Below, one piece after another: positions 17,904-27,049 of a stretch of DNA of 64,000 nucleotides. This DNA is from a virus. Every line of letters begins with the position of its first letter. The stretch's first letter is position 1. Under the pieces are notes generated by a model. The model did no database searches, was not told the origin of the DNA, and was given only the letters and a program-made list of their open reading frames with translations. The stretch spans positions 77,780 through 141,779 of IMG/VR virus record IMGVR_UViG_3300045988_103014. One strand, 5' to 3'. The translations under genes and the position numbers were made by a program.

Positions 17904-18186
17904 TTGTGTACTTGATGACTTAGTAAAAGCGATTAAAAAGGTGGAGGCGTTCCCATGCCCCACCTACTTCGTCGCTTTCTTCCCTCAATATGCAAAGGAA
18001 CTGTGGCCAGATGAGTTTTTCACTTGCGGCAACAAAACATATCTTAAAGCAGACCCAACTCAAGAAGTTATTTTTTATCCAAATGAATTTAAGTCTGCCG
18101 AACTGGAAAATACTCCAGTTTATTTAATACCAATAGATGAATTAAGACCTATTAAAATAGCATATGAAGGGAGTTTAAGTGTTTGA
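17890..18186 (+). CDS. Hypothetical protein
   Basis: 98 aa, overlaps the pol 3' end. Confidence 0.45.
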   Translation: MNQANCVLDDLVKAIKKVEAFPCPTYFVAFFPQYAKELWPDEFFTCGNKTYLKADPTQEVIFYPNEFKSAELENTPVYLIPIDELRPIKIAYEGSLSV

Positions 18187-18737
18187 AAAAATATAATATT
18201 GTTGCTTTTATTGGACCTGCGGGCGCAGGTAAAGATACAGTAATGCGAAAGGTGGTTGAGGCTTGTCCAAACCTTCACGAAATTGTAAGCTGTACAACTA
18301 GACCTATGCGTCAAGGTGAGGTTCATGGAGTTAATTATTTTTATATGAAGCCCGAAGAGTTTAGTGATAAAGTTCTTCATGGCGAGATGCTTGAAGCCAG
18401 TTGTTTTAATGATTGGTTTTATGGTACTGGATATGAGTCACTACGCTCTGATTGTATAAATATTGGAGTGTTTAATCCAGAGGGTATTGAATCACTCTTG
18501 GCTCATCCAGACGTAGATGTTAAGGTATTTTATGTGCGCGCGTCAGATAAAAATAGGATGCTGCGCCAGCTCTATAGAGAAGATGACCCAGACGTGATGG
18601 AAATTATTCGTCGTTTTAGAGCAGACCTTATCGACTTTGAAGATATTGATTTTCCTCACGAGGAAATTCAAAATAATTCGATTGAGGATTTGGAGAATGC
18701 GGTTGCATACATTAGTGGTCTCTATGCTGAAGCATAG
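18183..18737 (+). CDS. Guanylate-kinase-like (deoxy)nucleoside monophosphate kinase
   Basis: 184 aa. TTG start at 18183 with SD GAAGGGAG 9 nt upstream. P-loop GPAGAGKDT. Signature TTRPMRQGEVHGVNYFY. Confidence 0.65.
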   Translation: MKKYNIVAFIGPAGAGKDTVMRKVVEACPNLHEIVSCTTRPMRQGEVHGVNYFYMKPEEFSDKVLHGEMLEASCFNDWFYGTGYESLRSDCINIGVFNPEGIESLLAHPDVDVKVFYVRASDKNRMLRQLYREDDPDVMEIIRRFRADLIDFEDIDFPHEEIQNNSIEDLENAVAYISGLYAEA

Positions 18738-18854
18738 GGGCCCGACCCAGACCTCAAGAGGTTGAGGACAAAATAAGTTAATTATTTAGTTATAAAAATC
18801 ATATATAGTATACCCCTGAAGTGGGAAGTACAAGATTTAGATGGAGGATATCAT

Positions 18855-21176
18855 ATGATTAGAATAGCTAAACGAGATAAGGAAATCGTAGTATTTGATA
18901 AAAAGAAAATTGAAAATGCTATCAACAAGGCTTTCCTTGAAGTTGATGGAGTTCTATATGAAACCGATACTGCGAGAGATATCGCTGATGATATTGAAGA
19001 AGTCTTGTATAAGATTGACGAAGCAACGAATGAGCCTGTCACTGTTGAACAGGTACAGGATTTAGTTGAAGATTTCTTAATGCAATCCGAGCGACGCGAT
19101 GTTGCACGTGCTTATACTCGTTATCGTTACAAGAGAGAGATTGCTCGAAATCATTCGAGCGAACTTATTGATGCTATTGCTCAAAAATTAAGAGCAACTA
19201 ATGTTCAAAATCAAAATGCAAATGTTGATGAACATTCATTCGGTGGCCGCATGGGTGAAGCCAATGCCGTGGTTACTGAAAAGTACGCATTAGATTTTTG
19301 CGTTTCAAAGAAGACTAGAGAAAACCATATTAAGAATAGAATTTATATTCACGATTTGAATGCATATGCAGTTGGTATGCATAACTGCTTGTCTATTCCT
19401 ATCGACCCGATTGCCGCAAAAGGTTTTAATACAAGACAAATTGATATTAGACCTTGCCGCAGTTTTGGTACTTTTGGTCAAGTTTCTGCTGTTGTTATGC
19501 AGCTACAAAGTCTACAACAGTTCGGTGGAGTTTCTTATACTCATTATGATTGGAGTTCAGTTCCATATGTGCGTATGAGTTTCACCAAACACTTAGGAGA
19601 TGGTATGTTATATTTGGAGGGCAAGTCTGAATATAAAGTTAAGCGTTTCCACAAGTGGTTGGAGCATGACCCAGAGCACCCAGATGGAACAATCCATATG
19701 GATGATGAAGAGTTTAAGGCATTGCACCCAGTAGCATGGGAATATGCAATGGATATGACTGAAAGAGAAGTATATCAGACAGTTGAAGCACTTTACCACA
19801 ATCTTAATACTTTACAGAGTAGAAGTGGTAATCAGTTACCTTTTAGTTCTATCAATTATGGAACTTGCACATTACCAGAAGGTAGAATGGTAACAAAAGC
19901 ATTGCTTGAAGTTTCTATTGAAGGTTTAGGAAAAATGCACAAGACTTCTATTTTCCCTTGTGGAATTTTCCAATGTATGACAGGCGTTAATCGTAAACCA
20001 GGAGACCCAAATTATGATTTATTCAAACTTGCTTTGCGCTCCACAGCACAGCGTTTATACCCAAACTATGCAAATGTTGATTGGAGTGGTAATGCTGGAT
20101 ACGACAGAGCGGACCCTAGAACTTACTTCAGCACAATGGGATGTCGTACTGCAAACGGCTGGGATATCAACGGACTCGGACAGCTTAAAGATGGGCGCGG
20201 TAACATTGCACCGACAACCATAATCTTACCTACTTTAGCAATGGAAGCTGTAAAGAGTTATGAAGGAATTCCTTGCGGCGATTATAAACGTGATGTTGTA
20301 GATTTATTTATTCAAATCCTTGATGAAGCAATTCACGACGCTAAAGATAGTTTAATTGAACGTTTTGATTGGATTTGTAGTCAGGATGCGGGTTCCGCAA
20401 GATTTATGTATGAAAATGGTTTGATGGCGGGTTATGTACCAGAAGAAGGAATTCGTTCCGCACTTAAACATGGTACTCTTGCTATTGGACAGCTGGGTCT
20501 TGCAGAAACTTTACAGTTGTTAATTGGTTGCGACCATACTGAACCAGAAGGTATGGAATTAGCAAAGAGAATTGAAGGTTTATTTAAGCAGAGATGTGCA
20601 GAGTTTAAGGAAGAGTATAAACTAAACTTTGGTGTTTACTACACACCTGCGGAGAACCTTTGCTATAAAGCAATGAAGAAATTTCAGAGCCAATATGGAG
20701 TTATTCCTAATGTATCTGAAAATGAATTCTTCACAAATTCAATGCATGTTCCTGTGTGGAAGAATGTAGATGTATTTGAGAAAATTGACATTGAAAGCGA
20801 ATTGACTGGTTATAGTTCTGCTGGATGTATCACATATGTAGAACTTGACTCAGGTATTAAGAATAACCTTGAAGCCTTAGAACAAATTGTGAATTATGCT
20901 ATGGATAAAGATATTCCTTATTTCGCAGTTAATGTACCTAACGACACTTGCTTAGATTGTGGTTATACTGATGAGTTCAATGATTGTTGTCCAATTTGCG
21001 GCAGTACTCATATTCAACAGTTACGTCGTGTTACCGGATATCTCACCGGTAATTATACAACCGCTTTCAATAAAGGTAAGCAAGAAGAAGTGAAGATGAG
21101 AGTGAAACATAGTAATGTCAAGCACATTACTTTAAAAGGGGGTCAACAACATGCAGTATGCGGGGCTAATACTTAA
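18855..21176 (+). CDS. nrdD: Anaerobic ribonucleoside-triphosphate reductase (class III)
   Basis: 773 aa. SD GGAGGA. N-terminal ATP-cone. Zn-ribbon CLDCGYTDEFNDCCPICGS. Glycyl-radical motif RRVTGYLTG near the C-terminus. Confidence 0.9.
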   Translation: MIRIAKRDKEIVVFDKKKIENAINKAFLEVDGVLYETDTARDIADDIEEVLYKIDEATNEPVTVEQVQDLVEDFLMQSERRDVARAYTRYRYKREIARNHSSELIDAIAQKLRATNVQNQNANVDEHSFGGRMGEANAVVTEKYALDFCVSKKTRENHIKNRIYIHDLNAYAVGMHNCLSIPIDPIAAKGFNTRQIDIRPCRSFGTFGQVSAVVMQLQSLQQFGGVSYTHYDWSSVPYVRMSFTKHLGDGMLYLEGKSEYKVKRFHKWLEHDPEHPDGTIHMDDEEFKALHPVAWEYAMDMTEREVYQTVEALYHNLNTLQSRSGNQLPFSSINYGTCTLPEGRMVTKALLEVSIEGLGKMHKTSIFPCGIFQCMTGVNRKPGDPNYDLFKLALRSTAQRLYPNYANVDWSGNAGYDRADPRTYFSTMGCRTANGWDINGLGQLKDGRGNIAPTTIILPTLAMEAVKSYEGIPCGDYKRDVVDLFIQILDEAIHDAKDSLIERFDWICSQDAGSARFMYENGLMAGYVPEEGIRSALKHGTLAIGQLGLAETLQLLIGCDHTEPEGMELAKRIEGLFKQRCAEFKEEYKLNFGVYYTPAENLCYKAMKKFQSQYGVIPNVSENEFFTNSMHVPVWKNVDVFEKIDIESELTGYSSAGCITYVELDSGIKNNLEALEQIVNYAMDKDIPYFAVNVPNDTCLDCGYTDEFNDCCPICGSTHIQQLRRVTGYLTGNYTTAFNKGKQEEVKMRVKHSNVKHITLKGGQQHAVCGANT

Positions 21177-21657
21177 CGATACCTCAAATGCTGGTACTGG
21201 AGTTTGCGTTTCCTTTTATACCCAAGGCTGCCCTCACTGTTGTGAGGGTTGCCATAACCCAGAAACATGGAATTCAACTGGAGGATACGAATTTGTTCCC
21301 GAAGTCTTAAATGAAATCCTTGATGGTATAAAGGCAAACGGAATTAAGAGAAATTTTTGTGTCCTTGGTGGAGAGCCATTGTGTTCTTCAAATTTATTTT
21401 TAACTTATTTAGTAGTTAAATCGGTTCGAGATGCTTATCCCGATATTAAGATTTATATTTGGACAGGATATACCTTTGAAGATTTAATGAAAAGCACACC
21501 ACCAAAGCTAAGAGATATTTTGTTGATGAGTGATGTTCTTATTGACGGACCATATATCCAAGAAATGCGCGATGTTACACTTCCTTTAAGAGGTTCCACT
21601 AACCAGCGTGTTATCAACTTGAAGGATGCAGAAGTGCTATCAGCTCTTGAAAAATAG
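21151..21657 (+). CDS. nrdG: Anaerobic RNR activating protein (radical SAM)
   Basis: 168 aa. CPHCCEGCHN (Cx3Cx2C cluster). Overlaps the nrdD 3' end. Confidence 0.85.
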   Translation: MQYAGLILNDTSNAGTGVCVSFYTQGCPHCCEGCHNPETWNSTGGYEFVPEVLNEILDGIKANGIKRNFCVLGGEPLCSSNLFLTYLVVKSVRDAYPDIKIYIWTGYTFEDLMKSTPPKLRDILLMSDVLIDGPYIQEMRDVTLPLRGSTNQRVINLKDAEVLSALEK

Positions 21658-21675
21658 AGAAAAATTTGATATAAT
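21647..21675 (+). promoter_or_regulatory. Sigma70-like promoter, extended -10, near-identical to the copy at 13957
   Basis: TTGAAA at 21647-21652. TGATATAAT at 21667-21675. 29 of 31 nt are identical to the promoter at 13957-13985. Confidence 0.55.
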
Positions 21676-21704
21676 ATTCATATAAAGTGAAAAGGAGATT
21701 TGCG

Positions 21705-22229
21705 ATGGGAGATTATATTTCAGTTCAGAATAAAGCAATGCTTGACGCTCTCGTTAATCACGAAGATGGCGAAATCGCATTTGTTGAAGATGAACAGTCA
21801 TATTATATGTACAAAAACGGTTGGATTCCTGTTAAGGCGGAAATGACCGGAGAAGGACTCAAGCTTAATCTCTATGACTTGAATAAGCAGATTATCAATC
21901 AGTTACCTGATTATGATGAGGAAAAACTTGAAGATTTTAAGAAAGCTATTGAGATTTGGAAGGGCAGTAAGTCAGACAAGTTTTATCTGTTATATGGTAA
22001 AGAAATCAGCTACTTCTCATTGTTTGTAGAAAATGAGGAAGACGCTGAAATGGGATTTGCTGACCAGGTTGTAGATATTATTGTTAATAGCTTTAAATCA
22101 GTAAAAGAATATGACATTACAGAAGACAATTCTGCTGTGGAAATTTGGGTTTATGACGAAGAACTTGGTGATACAACAGTAATGTATCTGTTCTGTTATG
22201 GACAGGGGGTAGTACCTTATTATGGATAA
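21705..22229 (+). CDS. Hypothetical protein
   Basis: 174 aa from the ATG at 21705 (SD AAGGAG 6 nt upstream). The ORF-track GTG at 21687 lacks an SD. Confidence 0.55.
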   Translation: MGDYISVQNKAMLDALVNHEDGEIAFVEDEQSYYMYKNGWIPVKAEMTGEGLKLNLYDLNKQIINQLPDYDEEKLEDFKKAIEIWKGSKSDKFYLLYGKEISYFSLFVENEEDAEMGFADQVVDIIVNSFKSVKEYDITEDNSAVEIWVYDEELGDTTVMYLFCYGQGVVPYYG

Positions 22230-22473
22230 AGTAATTGTTGGTTATGTAGATTCAATGGGATTTAATCAGAAAATTCAGTTGCCAGGAGGAGAAGAAATGT
22301 TTATTCCTAGCGACAGTTATGCAGAATCCCTAGTTGCGCTTTGCAATAAAGAACAGACTTTCAAATTACATCTTTTTGGTAATGTACACTATCTTGAAGG
22401 TGTAATTGAGGAAATTGAAAGAAAAGAGAAAGAATTGTTCAGTCAAAACAATATAGAAATCGAGGTAAATTAA
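22222..22473 (+). CDS. Hypothetical protein
   Basis: 83 aa, coupled to the upstream gene. Confidence 0.45.
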   Translation: MDKVIVGYVDSMGFNQKIQLPGGEEMFIPSDSYAESLVALCNKEQTFKLHLFGNVHYLEGVIEEIERKEKELFSQNNIEIEVN

Positions 22474-22474
22474 A

Positions 22475-22720
22475 ATGGGTAGATATGTAATTAGTGATAC
22501 AACCGTTTATCGTGTCCCTGATGTAGCCGCAGTAGAGCAGCTTCACGAGGAACTTTCAAATGACGGCAAATTCCAGTTAGTGGGTTTCAGCTATAAAACC
22601 AAGCAGATTAAGGTTAAGGGAGAAGTTGTTGAAGAGTATCAGGTAGTAACTGCCAAGAGAGTGTTCAATGAAGAGAAAGACCCAATCAGCACTGTAGAGA
22701 TTGAGTACGAGGTGAACTAA
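22475..22720 (+). CDS. Hypothetical protein
   Basis: 81 aa. SD GAGGT. Confidence 0.45.
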   Translation: MGRYVISDTTVYRVPDVAAVEQLHEELSNDGKFQLVGFSYKTKQIKVKGEVVEEYQVVTAKRVFNEEKDPISTVEIEYEVN

Positions 22721-23271
22721 TGGCAAAGTTTGAGAAAGTAAGTAAATACGCAAATGTAGATATTCAGATGCCTTGTAGGAAGACAACTGATGCCGCAGGT
22801 TATGATATGGTTGCGGCTGAGGATATCATTATCCCTCCATACAATTATTTAATGAACGAGATTGTTAGTTTTGTTGGTATTGATAAAATTGATGACCCAG
22901 TTACATTAGATGAGATGGCAAAGATTACAAAGTCAGCTCAAGCTAAGCCAACTCTCATTCCTACTGGTATGAAATGTCAGCTTGAACCAAATACTTACCT
23001 TGAACTTTCGGTAAGAAGTTCTTGTCCTCTTAAGCATTGGCTTATGATGGCAAATAGTGTAGGTATTATTGACGCTGATTATTATAATAATCCAGATAAT
23101 GAAGGACATATTTTCTTCCAGATTTATAATATGTCACCAATTCCTATCATTATCAAGAAAGGTGAAGCTATTGGTCAGGGTATTATTAAGAACTATATTA
23201 AGACTGAGGATGATGTGCCAGGTGGTACTCGCGTAGGAGGTTTCGGTTCTTCTGACCAGAAGGCGCAGTAA
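22720..23271 (+). CDS. dut: dUTP pyrophosphatase
   Basis: 183 aa. Motif GIIDADYY, C-terminal motif V GGTRVGGFGSSD. Confidence 0.75.
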   Translation: MAKFEKVSKYANVDIQMPCRKTTDAAGYDMVAAEDIIIPPYNYLMNEIVSFVGIDKIDDPVTLDEMAKITKSAQAKPTLIPTGMKCQLEPNTYLELSVRSSCPLKHWLMMANSVGIIDADYYNNPDNEGHIFFQIYNMSPIPIIIKKGEAIGQGIIKNYIKTEDDVPGGTRVGGFGSSDQKAQ

Positions 23272-23810
23272 TGAGATTACTCGCACTAGACCAAGCAAGT
23301 AAAGTAACAGGCTATTCCATCTTTATTGATGGAAAGCTTGAGACTTTTGGTAAAATCACTGCAAACCAGGAAGAAATTGGTGACAGATTGCATTATATCA
23401 GAGAAAGTGTTGCAAAACTAATTGCAGATTACGATATTGATTATATTGCTTTTGAAGATATCCAACTCCAAAAGGATAGTAATGGTAGAGAAATTGTGAA
23501 TAATGTTCAAACCTTTAAAGTCCTTGCGGAAGTATTTGGAGTGATTTATGAATTGGCGATTGCGCTTGGTATTCCTAATGAGGCCGTTTTGGCGAGTACT
23601 TGGAAGTCAACACTTCAGATTAAAGGAAAACAAAGAGATGAGCAAAAGCGAAATGCTCAGGCATATGCGCAAACCACATATGGAATTAAATGTACTCAAG
23701 ATGAAGCTGATGCACTTTGCATTGGGACTCATATCCTAGTTAAGTCAGGATTAGCTACAAAACCAAAAAAAGCAACTTCTGTAGGGGACGTTGGTTTCGA
23801 TTGGTCATAA
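23271..23810 (+). CDS. RuvC-family Holliday junction resolvase
   Basis: 179 aa. MRLLALDQASKVTGYSIF and AFEDIQLQ are typical of phage RuvC-like resolvases. Confidence 0.65.
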   Translation: MRLLALDQASKVTGYSIFIDGKLETFGKITANQEEIGDRLHYIRESVAKLIADYDIDYIAFEDIQLQKDSNGREIVNNVQTFKVLAEVFGVIYELAIALGIPNEAVLASTWKSTLQIKGKQRDEQKRNAQAYAQTTYGIKCTQDEADALCIGTHILVKSGLATKPKKATSVGDVGFDWS

Positions 23811-23880
23811 CAAGACACTTGGCCCACTTTAACTTTCAATTCTATTTAGAGGAAAGAAAGTTAAGGAGGGCTTTATTTTT

Positions 23881-24432
23881 ATGTGGGAAACAGTTGGAGC
23901 AATTATGCTCAAATATTGGGTAGAATTCCTGCTGGGCTTGATTGTCACCGGCGGTGGATTCCTGTTAAAGCATCATCTTAAACTGGTAAAAGCAGAACGT
24001 CTCAGAGAGCAGAAAGAGCTAATTCTTACAATGCAAGAGGATAACCGCAAACAAATCCAAGAAATTATGGAAGATTGCGTAGGCATTGAAGACGAAATTG
24101 AAGAAAGATGTCGTCAAGCCTATTCTGATTTTACGGATGCTTTAATAAAAGACCGAGAGTCTTCTAAAACCGAAGATGAAAAATTAGAGCATTATATTGA
24201 TGCAGTCCAAGCTGAAGTTGGGGTACTTAAAGCTGGACTACTTTCCGTTCAAGGTAAGCAGTTTAAAGATAATTGTCGTACTTTACTTGACAGTAATCAC
24301 AAAATTAGTCTTGATGAATGGGAAGAAATTGATGCTGACCATGACGCATATAATGGATTAGGTGGTAATCATACCGGAGACCATCTTTATGAGTTAGTTA
24401 AAAAGAAAGCTGAAAAACAGTTATCTGAATAA
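23881..24432 (+). CDS. Membrane-anchored coiled-coil protein, hypothetical
   Basis: 183 aa. SD AAGGAGGG. N-terminal TM helix, then charged coiled-coil-like sequence. Confidence 0.55.
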   Translation: MWETVGAIMLKYWVEFLLGLIVTGGGFLLKHHLKLVKAERLREQKELILTMQEDNRKQIQEIMEDCVGIEDEIEERCRQAYSDFTDALIKDRESSKTEDEKLEHYIDAVQAEVGVLKAGLLSVQGKQFKDNCRTLLDSNHKISLDEWEEIDADHDAYNGLGGNHTGDHLYELVKKKAEKQLSE

Positions 24433-24443
24433 TCCAAAATTAA

Positions 24444-24480
24444 GGGGAGAGTATATATAATACTCTCCCCTTTTTTATTT
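24444..24480. terminator. Bidirectional rho-independent terminator between the convergent early and late modules
   Basis: Perfect hairpin GGGGAGAGTATATATAATACTCTCCCC with T-runs on both sides. Confidence 0.85.
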
Positions 24481-24678
24481 TCCAGACTCCCAATGCGGCT
24501 CATCTTGCGATTCCATTGCGGCAACAATGGTGCAATAATAAACTGTCTCTGCGAGGTCTTTAATCATATCAACTACTTCGCCCATTTCGGAGGTGCAAAC
24601 TCCATCAAGATTATCTAGTTGGTCATGAACTTTATCTGTTAAAGCGTGTTGAATTTCATTTAGCATTTCAATATCCAT
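24475..24678 (-). CDS. Small acidic protein, hypothetical (cassette gene 5)
   Basis: 67 aa. SD AAAGGGTGG. Confidence 0.45.
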   Translation of the reverse strand: MDIEMLNEIQHALTDKVHDQLDNLDGVCTSEMGEVVDMIKDLAETVYYCTIVAAMESQDEPHWESGK

Positions 24679-24679
24679 T

Positions 24680-25114
24680 TTACGCCACCCTTTCTACAAT
24701 CAAATTTGCATTTTGAATATCAATATCAATTCCACTTGTGATATTCTTAATTGCGATTGTGGTGCAACATCCAATAGGAACATCGACTAAAAATTCTGTT
24801 CCAACACTATATGTTGAAGTGGTGTCTCCAACAGTAATAGTCATTGTGGATGTTGGGATTGTCTCGCCATCGCGCGATGCTGCGAGGGATAATAAAGTTA
24901 CTCCGATGATAGTTTCATCGGCATTGGCTTTCATGTTACCTGTAAAAGTAACACGGAATCTTGCGCGGCGCTGTCCATTTGGCAACCCGCGCAAAGTTAC
25001 TAAGCCACTATCCTCTACATGAATAATACTACAATTACCAGGTACTACTGTTGTAGTAAATAATACATTATCGTTTGAAACGACTTTTTGAATAGTATTA
25101 GCAGTAATTTCCAT
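24680..25114 (-). CDS. Beta-rich small protein, hypothetical (cassette gene 4)
   Basis: 144 aa. SD AAGGAGG 6 nt before the ATG. Thr/Val/Ile-rich. Confidence 0.55.
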   Translation of the reverse strand: MEITANTIQKVVSNDNVLFTTTVVPGNCSIIHVEDSGLVTLRGLPNGQRRARFRVTFTGNMKANADETIIGVTLLSLAASRDGETIPTSTMTITVGDTTSTYSVGTEFLVDVPIGCCTTIAIKNITSGIDIDIQNANLIVERVA

Positions 25115-25129
25115 AATGTACCTCCTTAA

Positions 25130-25828
25130 TTAACCATTAAACTGATTACCAAAGAATGGGCCTGGATTATAAGGTCCGTAGAAAGGAGCATAACCAGCAT
25201 TATAAGTTGCAGACATAGGATATCTTACGACACCGCTAAGTGCGCCCTGTAACTGCAACTGGTTAATCTGATTCTGCATATCAGCCATACGGTTTCCAGT
25301 TAATACGTCGAGAATCTTCTGGGTCTGCGCGCAATTACTTGCTAACAACTCTTTTGTATTAAGAAGGTTGTCGTATCTAATGGAATCAATATTCTGCTGA
25401 ACTGCGGCAAAACCCTTTCCAATTTCGTAGCCATTCTGTGCTACTGCGTCTTTGACATCACGAATGTCTGAATCTAACGCTACTGCGTTATCTTTCAATT
25501 CTCCGTTAATATCATATGCAACATCTTTTAGCATTGACTGAGTATAGTTAATGCCATCTTTTACTGCGCCAGTTACATCATATGAAGCCTGATGAATGTT
25601 ATCAATGATGCTCTGGTTTTGTCTTTCTAATGAAGCGAAGTTAAAATCATTCTGCACTTCATTTGCTGTTGCGGCACGTCCGTTATTTCCCCATGAGCCT
25701 CCGCCCATGAAACAGAATAAGAAGAGAATGATAATCCACCATGCTCCTCCATCATTTCCGAACATACCATTGTTTCCTGTAGCGGCTGCTACGTCGGCTA
25801 AAGAATAGCCATAGTTTTGATTGAACAT
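25130..25828 (-). CDS. Single-pass membrane protein with Gly/Asn-rich N-terminus and Tyr/Gly/Pro/Phe-rich C-terminal tail (cassette gene 3)
   Basis: 232 aa. SD AAGGAGG. TM segment WWIIILFLFCFMGG. C-terminal ...YNAGYAPFYGPYNPGPFFGNQFNG. Confidence 0.6.
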   Translation of the reverse strand: MFNQNYGYSLADVAAATGNNGMFGNDGGAWWIIILFLFCFMGGGSWGNNGRAATANEVQNDFNFASLERQNQSIIDNIHQASYDVTGAVKDGINYTQSMLKDVAYDINGELKDNAVALDSDIRDVKDAVAQNGYEIGKGFAAVQQNIDSIRYDNLLNTKELLASNCAQTQKILDVLTGNRMADMQNQINQLQLQGALSGVVRYPMSATYNAGYAPFYGPYNPGPFFGNQFNG

Positions 25829-25851
25829 ATTTTGTTCCTCCTTAAAATTTA

Positions 25852-26094
25852 TTATTTAACTCCAAGCTGTTGCTTGAATGAGTTAAATTCTTCGTCAAAG
25901 TCGACGCCGCGCTGTGTACATACGTTTCGAGCAACCTGCTCGATACCTGCGGCGTCACCTCGCTGCGCAAGACTCAATAGGTTTGCACCCATAGGAGTTC
26001 GACTAAATTCCCCTTGTAAGTATTGCAACATTAACTGTTGTGGGTTTGCGCCTCCTCGAATCATGCGTAGAATATTCATCATGTCAAAGTTCAT
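25852..26094 (-). CDS. Hypothetical small protein (cassette gene 2)
   Basis: 80 aa. SD AAGGAGG 7 nt before the ATG. Confidence 0.5.
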   Translation of the reverse strand: MNFDMMNILRMIRGGANPQQLMLQYLQGEFSRTPMGANLLSLAQRGDAAGIEQVARNVCTQRGVDFDEEFNSFKQQLGVK

Positions 26095-26106
26095 TTTGCT
26101 ACCTCC

Positions 26107-26463
26107 TTAAAATTGAAAATCTTGCGCAGGCTTAGTGTCTGCGTCCTGTTGGATTGGTTTGGGAATTACTCCCTTGATTTGTTCGATAACTTTCTCGAAC
26201 TCTTCTCGTGTGACATAGCTGGGATTAGCTGTAGTTAGCTCTACTGGATTATTTTTTAGTTCATAAACTTGGAGTAAGGGAGAGCCATCAAATCCTATCT
26301 GCTTTGTATAAATTTTTTTATTCGCTATGTCAGGGAAGAAAAATATAGAGCCATCGAAATCAATTTGTGCGGCTCTAACTTCATCGAGAGAAGCTACTTG
26401 GCGACCTTTGAGAATAGGCATCATCTGTCGCATTTGGGTGGGTTGATAATAACTGTTGTACAT
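26107..26463 (-). CDS. Hypothetical protein (cassette gene 1)
   Basis: 118 aa. First gene downstream of the tandem terminators. AGAAGGT SD-like. Confidence 0.5.
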   Translation of the reverse strand: MYNSYYQPTQMRQMMPILKGRQVASLDEVRAAQIDFDGSIFFFPDIANKKIYTKQIGFDGSPLLQVYELKNNPVELTTANPSYVTREEFEKVIEQIKGVIPKPIQQDADTKPAQDFQF

Positions 26464-26570
26464 TTTTTTACCTTCTTTCTACTAAATTTTTTCCATCCCT
26501 CTCATGTATACTTGATTTTTATTTGGGAATGATTTTCCAGTTTTGTCACAACGAATTTCCAGGACGAGAA

Positions 26571-26653
26571 CAAAAAAAAATGGGGGACGCCATTAAGCGT
26601 CCCCCAAGGGCAAAAAAAATAAAGGGAACACTGATTCAGTGTTCCCTTTTTTC
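26571..26653 (-). terminator. Two tandem hairpin terminators downstream of the holin gene
   Basis: GGGGGACGCCATTAAGCGTCCCCC (26582-26605) and GGGAACACTGATTCAGTGTTCCC (26624-26646), each followed by a U-run on the minus strand. The second also has a T-run on the plus strand. Confidence 0.75.
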
Positions 26654-27049
26654 TTATTTACATTCGTTTACACAAGCCTCAATCTGAGTTGTAAGATATA
26701 CATTCAAATCTCCAAAAGCCTCAGTCAAAATAGCTTTTGCTTCTTCACTTAAAATCTGTTCAACAGCTAATGCAGTCTTTGAAAAAGCAGCTTTCTGCGC
26801 CTCTGGGTCAAACTTACCTTGAGCCTTTAATGTGTTAACATATGTCTGATTTGTTGCAATTACACAAGCAGTAATTGTATCTGCTGCGATTGCAATATAC
26901 TTGTCAAGTAAGTCATTCTGTGACTGAATAACAAGCTGGTCGCTCTTTGCCTTAATATACTTTACAAGAAAAGCAGTAAGAACGCCCAATAGAGGAATTA
27001 CACATACCTCAAAAATTTCTGTTAATAGTTGTAATACTTCAGGTGTCAT
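26654..27049 (-). CDS. Holin, LL-H-like family (single N-terminal TM + long soluble tail)
   Basis: 131 aa. SD AGGAGG. TM CVIPLLGVLTAFLV followed by KYIKAKSDQ... matches the organisation of LL-H-type holins. ATGA overlap with the upstream gene. Confidence 0.55.
   Translation of the reverse strand: MTPEVLQLLTEIFEVCVIPLLGVLTAFLVKYIKAKSDQLVIQSQNDLLDKYIAIAADTITACVIATNQTYVNTLKAQGKFDPEAQKAAFSKTALAVEQILSEEAKAILTEAFGDLNVYLTTQIEACVNECK

Noticed and set aside
18738-18854. NrdR-box-like element (TCATATATAGTATA) upstream of nrdD
   Set aside because: It matches only part of the 16-bp NrdR palindrome (acaCwAtATaTwGtgt) and no second tandem box is visible. It may simply be the promoter -10 region (TTAATT-N18-TATATA).
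14019-21176. Inteins or group I introns interrupting pol III alpha, nrdD or dnaB
   Set aside because: All three ORFs are continuous and of normal length for their families, and the conserved motifs are contiguous.
24680-25114. Similarity of the 144-aa beta-rich cassette protein to Bacillus exosporium / spore-coat small proteins (BxpB/ExsF-like), and of the 118-aa protein to GerQ
   Set aside because: Both are based on vague compositional and pattern impressions only, with no conserved motif I can point to.
26464-26580. Sporulation-sigma-like (sigma E/K) -10 element GTATACATG upstream of the five-gene cassette
   Set aside because: It is a single short match without a convincing -35 partner, so it is not distinguishable from chance in AT-rich DNA.
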